From a virus (taxonomy: Duplodnaviria; Heunggongvirae; Uroviricota; Caudoviricetes): a DNA stretch of 4,429 bases. Below the pieces are notes generated by a model. It did not search any database and was not told the origin of the DNA. It saw nothing but the letters and a program-made list of their open reading frames with translations. Positions 1 to 4,429 of the stretch are shown here, piece by piece (positions within the stretch are counted from its first letter, which is position 1; each line of letters starts with the position of its first letter). Position numbers and translations under genes: made by a program. The DNA lies in the IMG/VR virus record IMGVR_UViG_2706794688_000003, one strand, 5' to 3'.

Positions 1-13
1 GTCCAATGTGCAT

Positions 14-48
14 AAAAAAATCCGGAAACAAGTGAGCGTTTCCGGATT
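14..48 (-). terminator. Rho-independent terminator downstream of the portal gene
   Basis: Minus-strand RNA would read AAUCCGGAAAC-GCUCACUU-GUUUCCGGAUU followed by a U-run (7 T in the DNA, of which the first two can pair in the stem). That is a 9-11 bp stem with a GC core and an 8-nt loop, about 30 nt after the portal stop. Confidence 0.6.
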
Positions 49-80
49 CTTACACAGCCACTGGATCGGTCAACTGATCC

Positions 81-1328
81 TTAACTGATCGGCATTACAC
101 CACCGGGACGCGGATTCATATCTTCCAGGTCGCGGCAGTCATTGGAAGAGTAAATTCCCCAGTTGATCCCGGTGGCGTAGGCTTCAAAACGGGACTTCAT
201 ATCCCCGCGCAGTAACGCCCCGGCGTTAAATTTGGCGTAATAAACGCCCTGCTTACTTTTTCGTACCAGTCCGGTGTTGATCCGCTGTTCGATGCGGGTC
301 AGATACGGCACCAGTGAATAGTTGATAAATCCCAGCCCCAGCTCTTCGATATTGTTGAAGGTGGCGCGATCGGTGTTCTGCACCATGTGCAACGGCACCC
401 GGAACAGACGACAGATTTCTTCCAGCTGAAACTTGCGGGTTTCCAGGAACTGACTGTCCTCGGCGTTCAGCGCCATCGACTTCCAGTCCAGCCCCATTTC
501 CAGAATCATCGGGCGGTGAGCATTGCCAAGCCCCGTGTGACACTCCTCAAAATCTTTCTTCAGACGCTCGTAAGCATCCGGCGTGAGCTTTTGTTCCGTA
601 CGCAACACACCGGATGTCACCGCACCATTACTAAACAACCTGGCACCGTGCTCCTCGGTTGCCGCTGCCAGTGAAATGGCCTCACGCGCATACGCAATGG
701 GATTCAGCCCGACAAGTCCATCCAGCGTCAGGGTGCGCACATGCCAGATTTCATTCTGGGTCAACACATCCACGGAACCATCCGGAAACGTCACCTGATA
801 AACCGGCTGCCACTGGCTGTTCAGCTTCGGTTCCACACAGCCCGGATCTATCGGAAGAAGCTCCACCACTTCTCCCAGTGCCTTTACCTTGTAGGCGTAA
901 AAATTCCCCCGTAGACACAGGCAGACAATAACCAGCTCCCAGAATTCCTGCGGTGTCATGTAGCCATTAGGTTTTGCCGAAACCAACTTATGCAGTCGTT
1001 CATCCACCGCCCGTGTTTTCAGGGTACCGCTGATTTTGTAGAGACTGCAGGGCAGCATACCAACAGACTCTGCCAGCACCCTGACGCAAGAATAGACCGC
1101 CGTCAGGCGCATGGCCCGCTGGCTACTGATCCGCTTTCCGGTATAGGTGTCGTATGACAGCCCGATAGCATCAGCAGTTCTGCTGGCGTGGTCACCGGCA
1201 CATCGCTTTTTCGTTGAAATAATCCCGAAAAGAACACTATTTACCTCCGCCGACAGACTGCCGTGTACGGTCGAGATATCGCGCCACCAGCCACGACCAG
1301 AACAGGCACAGCGCCCCGGCAACAACAA
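81..1328 (-). CDS. Phage portal protein, HK97 family; the 5' end and start codon are uncertain, with a possible frameshift near the N-terminus
   Basis: Long minus-strand ORF with portal-typical motifs ([72 protein letters not shown]). The listed ORF starts at TTG, not ATG, and overlaps the upstream 60-aa gene by 92 nt. The first in-frame ATG is at 1112. A better-placed GTG at 1237 is in a different frame. Stop TAA at 81-83. Confidence 0.85.
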   Translation of the reverse strand: MLLPGRCACSGRGWWRDISTVHGSLSAEVNSVLFGIISTKKRCAGDHASRTADAIGLSYDTYTGKRISSQRAMRLTAVYSCVRVLAESVGMLPCSLYKISGTLKTRAVDERLHKLVSAKPNGYMTPQEFWELVIVCLCLRGNFYAYKVKALGEVVELLPIDPGCVEPKLNSQWQPVYQVTFPDGSVDVLTQNEIWHVRTLTLDGLVGLNPIAYAREAISLAAATEEHGARLFSNGAVTSGVLRTEQKLTPDAYERLKKDFEECHTGLGNAHRPMILEMGLDWKSMALNAEDSQFLETRKFQLEEICRLFRVPLHMVQNTDRATFNNIEELGLGFINYSLVPYLTRIEQRINTGLVRKSKQGVYYAKFNAGALLRGDMKSRFEAYATGINWGIYSSNDCRDLEDMNPRPGGVMPIS

Positions 1329-1419
1329 AACCCGCCGGGGGATAAATCAGCCAGGCACCATACGCCAGCAAAAGCGCACCCAGCACGCCCACCAGAGGCG
1401 CGAGAATCAGCATGATCAT
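1237..1419 (-). CDS. ymfR: Small two-helix membrane protein between terminase and portal; probably YmfR-like (e14 prophage)
   Basis: 60-aa [63 protein letters not shown] with an ATG start and a good SD, lying 11 nt after the terL stop. It has two hydrophobic helices followed by a basic tail. Its stop (TAG 1239-1237) overlaps a GTG that looks like the true portal start. The ymfR assignment rests on my recollection that E. coli K-12 e14 carries a 60-aa ymfR between its terminase and portal remnants, and I have not verified the sequence. Confidence 0.6.
   Translation of the reverse strand: MIMLILAPLVGVLGALLLAYGAWLIYPPAGFVVAGALCLFWSWLVARYLDRTRQSVGGGK
1244..1248 (-). promoter_or_regulatory. Shine-Dalgarno (GGAGG) in front of a candidate GTG start for the portal gene
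   Basis: Minus strand reads GGAGGTAAATAGTG; GGAGG is 6 nt upstream of the GTG at 1237-1235, which overlaps the upstream gene's TAG stop. Confidence 0.45.
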
Positions 1420-1423
1420 AATT

Positions 1424-1428
1424 ACCTC
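1424..1428 (-). promoter_or_regulatory. Shine-Dalgarno (GAGGT) for the small membrane-protein gene
   Basis: Minus strand reads CTGAGGTAATTATGATCATG; the SD sits 4-5 nt upstream of the ATG at 1419. Confidence 0.5.
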
Positions 1429-1430
1429 AG

Positions 1431-3164
1431 TTAAAGCGAGCGGATCCCGTAGGACTCAATGTGGTCAGACAGCGTGTCTTCTTTCTCGTACAGCATGGCT
1501 CTGCCAACCGCCATAATCAGCGCAACTGCACCATCGATTTTGTTTTCCGCCTGCTCTTTGACGGGTTTCACCACATCATCGTTACCCGGCATGTTTTTGC
1601 CGACCACGTTGCCGATACACCAGGTCATGATGGGATTGCCGTCATGATGAAAACGTCCCGATTCAATCGCTGCTTCCAGCTCTTTCATCGGATCGGACAT
1701 ATTGGTGAAGTTCTGGACGATAGTGACGGGATTCAGGTCTTCATCAGCAAGGTCATGTGACAACCCGGTCGCCCCGAAGGGGTCGATGGGTGACTCACTG
1801 ACCGGGCTGATTTTGTTCGCCGCTTTGGCCTCCTCGAGGATGTAGCGATAATCCACCTCCGCACCATCGGTAACGGTCAGAACGCCCATTTCCACCCATT
1901 TCTGAAAGCGTTCGGCTGTCCGTCGATCTTCATTTTTCTCGACGCTGTACACCGTGTCATACGGTACCCAGAAACGCGGGGCCACACTGTAGTAATGCGT
2001 TTTACCGTCAATCTCGCGGGTATAAAGTCGCGCCATGCTGTTCATATCCAGCTTACGCGCCAGGTCAAAGGCCAGAATGCACGGCTGCCCCTCGAACTGC
2101 TCAAGGGTCAGTGATTTATCCTCGCAGCTCTGCCAGCTCACCAAGTTGAAATACGCCGAACGCGCCGACACCCAGATATTGAGGTGTTTTGTTTTAAAGA
2201 CGTTTGCCAGACGGGCGTTATTTTTCGCACGCTGCTGCTGACTTAACAAAAATTCGCGATAAACCGACACGCCAATATTTGGATTGGCTTTTTCCAGCAC
2301 CTGCGGGCCGGTCCAGTCGTCACCTTCATCAACGGTATAGATGATCCCGAACAGTTCATCGTTAGGCACCGAGCCGTTGAGCATCTCGATGACTTCCCGC
2401 CGCTTGTCGTAGCACGGCCCCTCAATGTTGTACCCGGCGGTGGTGATGGCCCACATCAGTGGCTGACGTCGCGCCCCCATCCCGGTAAGCATTGTGGTAT
2501 AAAGCGCATCGGTGGCATGCTCGTGATATTCATCAACCACGGCACAGTGGGGTGATGAACCATCACCTGGGTTGCCGATCAGCGGTTCAAACCGCGCGCC
2601 ATCCTCCGGACGGTTCATGTTTGAGGCGTTAACCTCAATCCCGAACGCTTCCGTCAGCATGGGTGTGCGTTTACACATCAGTCGCGCCGGGCGAAAGACT
2701 TCCCACGCCTGTTTCTCTGTCGTGGCACCGGAATACACTTCCGCGCCAAACTCGTTATCACAGGCAAAACAATACAGGGCAACACCGGCAGAGATTGCTG
2801 ATTTGCCGTTCTTACGGGGGATTTCGGTGTACACCTCCCGGAAGCGGCGCAACCGGGTGCCTTTATTGACCCAGCCAAACGCACAGCAGATCACAAATAG
2901 CTGCCACGGCTCCAGCGTGATGGGCATCCGTTTGAATGCCCACTCCCCCTTGGTGTGCGGCAACAGCTGAATAAATTTCGCGGCCCGTTCAGCCAGGTCC
3001 TTGTCGAAGCGGTAACGAAACGACTTACTTTTTTCCGCCATCAGGTCATCAAGATGGCGCTGGCAGGCCTGAATCACAAACTGGCAGGCAACAATCTTTC
3101 CGCGCACGACATCCCGGGCATACTGATTTGCAGCATTTACGTTGGGGTAAGATTTCCGGCTCAT
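1431..3164 (-). CDS. Terminase large subunit (Terminase_1 / HK97-like type)
   Basis: 577-aa ORF with an ATG start at 3164-3162 in an ATGA overlap with the terS stop. It has a Walker-A-like EIPRKNGKS motif in the N-terminal ATPase domain and a C-terminal nuclease-like region. Position after HNH and terS and before the portal is canonical. Stop TAA at 1431-1433. Confidence 0.93.
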   Translation of the reverse strand: MSRKSYPNVNAANQYARDVVRGKIVACQFVIQACQRHLDDLMAEKSKSFRYRFDKDLAERAAKFIQLLPHTKGEWAFKRMPITLEPWQLFVICCAFGWVNKGTRLRRFREVYTEIPRKNGKSAISAGVALYCFACDNEFGAEVYSGATTEKQAWEVFRPARLMCKRTPMLTEAFGIEVNASNMNRPEDGARFEPLIGNPGDGSSPHCAVVDEYHEHATDALYTTMLTGMGARRQPLMWAITTAGYNIEGPCYDKRREVIEMLNGSVPNDELFGIIYTVDEGDDWTGPQVLEKANPNIGVSVYREFLLSQQQRAKNNARLANVFKTKHLNIWVSARSAYFNLVSWQSCEDKSLTLEQFEGQPCILAFDLARKLDMNSMARLYTREIDGKTHYYSVAPRFWVPYDTVYSVEKNEDRRTAERFQKWVEMGVLTVTDGAEVDYRYILEEAKAANKISPVSESPIDPFGATGLSHDLADEDLNPVTIVQNFTNMSDPMKELEAAIESGRFHHDGNPIMTWCIGNVVGKNMPGNDDVVKPVKEQAENKIDGAVALIMAVGRAMLYEKEDTLSDHIESYGIRSL

Positions 3165-3543
3165 GATTCGATAATTTTCAGAAACGGGTTAGTGGCTTTC
3201 TTCTGCCCCGCCAGGCCAATCAGACGCTGGCGGCTGCTGGGGTCGAGTCCGAGCATTGCCCCCGTGCTGCTCATCTCGGACTCCTGTTCTTTTTTGGCGG
3301 TCAGCTCCGGATTTTTGACCCTGCCGCCCATTGCACCGGTGATGGTGTTGCCCTGTATGGCAATATTTTTCACGGCACGTCGCCAGAACTCATAGGCCAC
3401 GCACCACCGCTCAAGTACCGCCAGGTCAGTCACGCACAGCAGGCCCTGACCGCAGAGTTCTTTGGTTGTCAGTTGCCACATGATCGTGGCGAGAGGGAGA
3501 TCTTCTTCAGCGAACCACTCTGGTGGCTCAACACCTTTGATGG
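3161..3543 (-). CDS. Terminase small subunit (P27 family / Terminase_4-like); 5' end lost in the N run
   Basis: The visible C-terminal 127 aa ([126 protein letters not shown]) match the P27-family pattern P.W...A...W..L...L...D...L..YC, NPEL and GL.PSSR.RL. Stop TGA at 3161-3163 overlaps the terL ATG. The family is usually about 150-170 aa, so the start should lie in the gap. Confidence 0.8.
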
Positions 3544-3788
3544 NNNNNNNNNNNNNNNNNNNNNNNNNNNNNNNNNNNNNNNNNNNNNNNNNNNNNNNNN
3601 NNNNNNNNNNNNNNNNNNNNNNNNNNNNNNNNNNNNNNNNNNNNNNNNNNNNNNNNNNNNNNNNNNNNNNNNNNNNNNNNNNNNNNNNNNNNNNNNNNNN
3701 NNNNNNNNNNNNNNNNNNNNNNNNNNNNNNNNNNNNNNNNNNNNNNNNNNNNNNNNNNNNNNNNNNNNNNNNNNNNNNNNNNNNNNNN
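3544..3788. other. Run of 245 N (assembly or scaffold gap, or masked sequence)
   Basis: Continuous n characters from 3544 to 3788. The six-frame track translates them as X, fusing two unrelated genes into one 287-aa ORF. Confidence 0.99.
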
Positions 3789-4024
3789 TTCGCCTCGCTC
3801 ACCACACCGACACGCAGACACAACTGACACAGACCTTTATCGCGCTTCAGAATACGGGCACGAATCACCGTCCATTTTGAGCCATAGCCACGCTGGTGGC
3901 GGCTCAGTCCGCGCTGGTGCTGCACCCAGCCTTCACCGCGATGTTTATCGCAGTAACCCGAACTGTCTGTGGTTGTACCTGCACATCCACGCTTACGGCA
4001 GGCACGTGGGATTAGTGATGGCAT
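3789..4024 (-). CDS. Phage HNH endonuclease, terminase-associated; 3' end lost in the N run
   Basis: ATG at 4024 with a GAGG RBS. N-terminal 78 aa MPSLIPRACRKRGCAGTTTDSSGYCDKHRGEGWVQHQRGLSRHQRGYGSKWTVIRARILKRDKGLCQLCLRVGVVSEA has a Cys-rich zinc-binding N-terminus and the RGYGS.W...R..IL.RD..LCQ.C pattern that precedes the catalytic HNH motif in phage HNH nucleases. The catalytic motif itself would fall inside the Ns. Confidence 0.78.
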
Positions 4025-4029
4025 AAATA

Positions 4030-4033
4030 CCTC
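4030..4033 (-). promoter_or_regulatory. Shine-Dalgarno (GAGG) for the HNH endonuclease gene
   Basis: Minus strand reads GAGGTATTTATG, with GAGG 5 nt upstream of the ATG at 4024-4022. Confidence 0.5.
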
Positions 4034-4066
4034 ATACCCTGCGAAATGTTTACCACGATAAAAAGG

Positions 4067-4429
4067 CTACTTAATGCACTGAGTGCGGATATACTCCTGT
4101 GCCCCTTCCAGTTGCATCTGCATCGTCATCAGCCGCTCTCTGAGGGTGAAATAATCCCGTTCAGCGGTGTCTGCCAGTCGGGGGCTGGTTGCATTATCCA
4201 CGCCGGAGGCGGTGGTGGCTTCACGCACTGACTGACAGACTGCTTTGATGTGCAACCGACGACGACCAGCGGCAACATCAGCGCGCAGAGTTTCATTTTC
4301 AGCTTTCGCATCAGCTAACTCCTTCGTGTATTTAGCATCGAGTGCATTAACATCACGCTGTCTCTGCTGCATGTCAGTAATGGTTGCGTTCGCCAGCTTC
4401 AGTTCTCTTGCGTTTTTGTCGCGCTGCTC
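4067..4429 (-). CDS. Rz: Rz i-spanin (lysis protein), 5'-partial: the reading frame runs open to the window edge
   Basis: Minus-strand translation ...[120 protein letters not shown] is near-identical to phage lambda Rz as I recall it. The frame stays open upstream of the ATG at 4372 to position 4429, so the real N-terminus lies outside the window. Stop TAG at 4067-4069. Confidence 0.9.
   Translation of the reverse strand, partial: EQRDKNARELKLANATITDMQQRQRDVNALDAKYTKELADAKAENETLRADVAAGRRRLHIKAVCQSVREATTASGVDNATSPRLADTAERDYFTLRERLMTMQMQLEGAQEYIRTQCIK
4129..4311 (-). CDS. Rz1: Rz1 o-spanin, outer-membrane lipoprotein, fully embedded in the +1 frame of Rz
   Basis: 60-aa [63 protein letters not shown] with an ATG start. 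It has a signal peptide plus lipobox (LVVVG-C), a penta-proline stretch, and close similarity to lambda Rz1, and it lies wholly inside Rz in another frame. Confidence 0.85.
   Translation of the reverse strand: MRKLKMKLCALMLPLVVVGCTSKQSVSQCVKPPPPPAWIMQPAPDWQTPLNGIISPSESG

Noticed and set aside
253-931. ORFs overlapping the portal gene (253-543 minus; 387-674, 583-798 and 659-931 plus)
   Set aside because: They sit within the portal coding region in other frames or on the opposite strand, with biased composition and no family resemblance; they are shadow ORFs.
1147-1434. Plus-strand 95-aa ORF opposite the small membrane-protein gene and the portal 5' end
   Set aside because: Its translation is highly basic and low complexity (RR, QQ, H-rich), typical of an antisense frame, and the minus-strand genes have much better start context.
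2243-2884. Minus-strand 60-aa and 68-aa ORFs (2243-2425, 2678-2884) in alternative frames inside terL
   Set aside because: They are out of frame inside terL with no independent support.
1459-3395. Plus-strand ORFs antisense to terL and terS (1459-1647, 1461-1760, 2035-2241, 2572-2970, 2663-2869, 2955-3395)
   Set aside because: All lie inside the well-supported terminase genes on the opposite strand, have no recognisable motifs or convincing SD, and have low-complexity or Arg/Ser/Pro-rich composition typical of antisense frames.
3462-3880. ORFs consisting mostly of X (3462-3827, 3473-3880, 3528-3830)
   Set aside because: They are made almost entirely of translated N and carry no information.
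3161-4024. Single 287-aa minus-strand ORF in the track spanning the N run
   Set aside because: It is an artefact of translating N as X. The two flanks belong to different protein families (HNH endonuclease N-terminus and P27-family terS C-terminus), so I split it into two partial genes and a gap.
4046-4231. Plus-strand 61-aa ORF antisense to Rz and Rz1
   Set aside because: It overlaps the strongly supported Rz/Rz1 pair on the opposite strand and has no motifs.
1-4429. CRISPR arrays, tRNA or rRNA genes, insertion-sequence ends
   Set aside because: I found no regularly spaced direct repeats, no cloverleaf-compatible segments and no terminal inverted repeats with transposase ORFs. The window is densely protein-coding on one strand.

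Overview
This window is the late region of a lambdoid prophage (or phage) with every supported gene on the minus strand, read from high to low coordinates: the 3' part of the Rz i-spanin with Rz1 embedded out of frame, an HNH endonuclease, a 245-bp run of N, a P27-family terminase small subunit, a Terminase_1-type large subunit, a 60-aa two-helix membrane protein, an HK97-family portal protein, and an intrinsic terminator. The layout resembles E. coli e14-like elements. The plus-strand ORFs look like antisense artefacts. The N run removes the 3' end of the HNH gene, the 5' end of terS and probably the cos site, and it makes the 287-aa ORF in the track an artificial fusion. I see no novel system here; the most notable points are a probable frameshift or start problem at the portal 5' end and a terminator where head genes would be expected.
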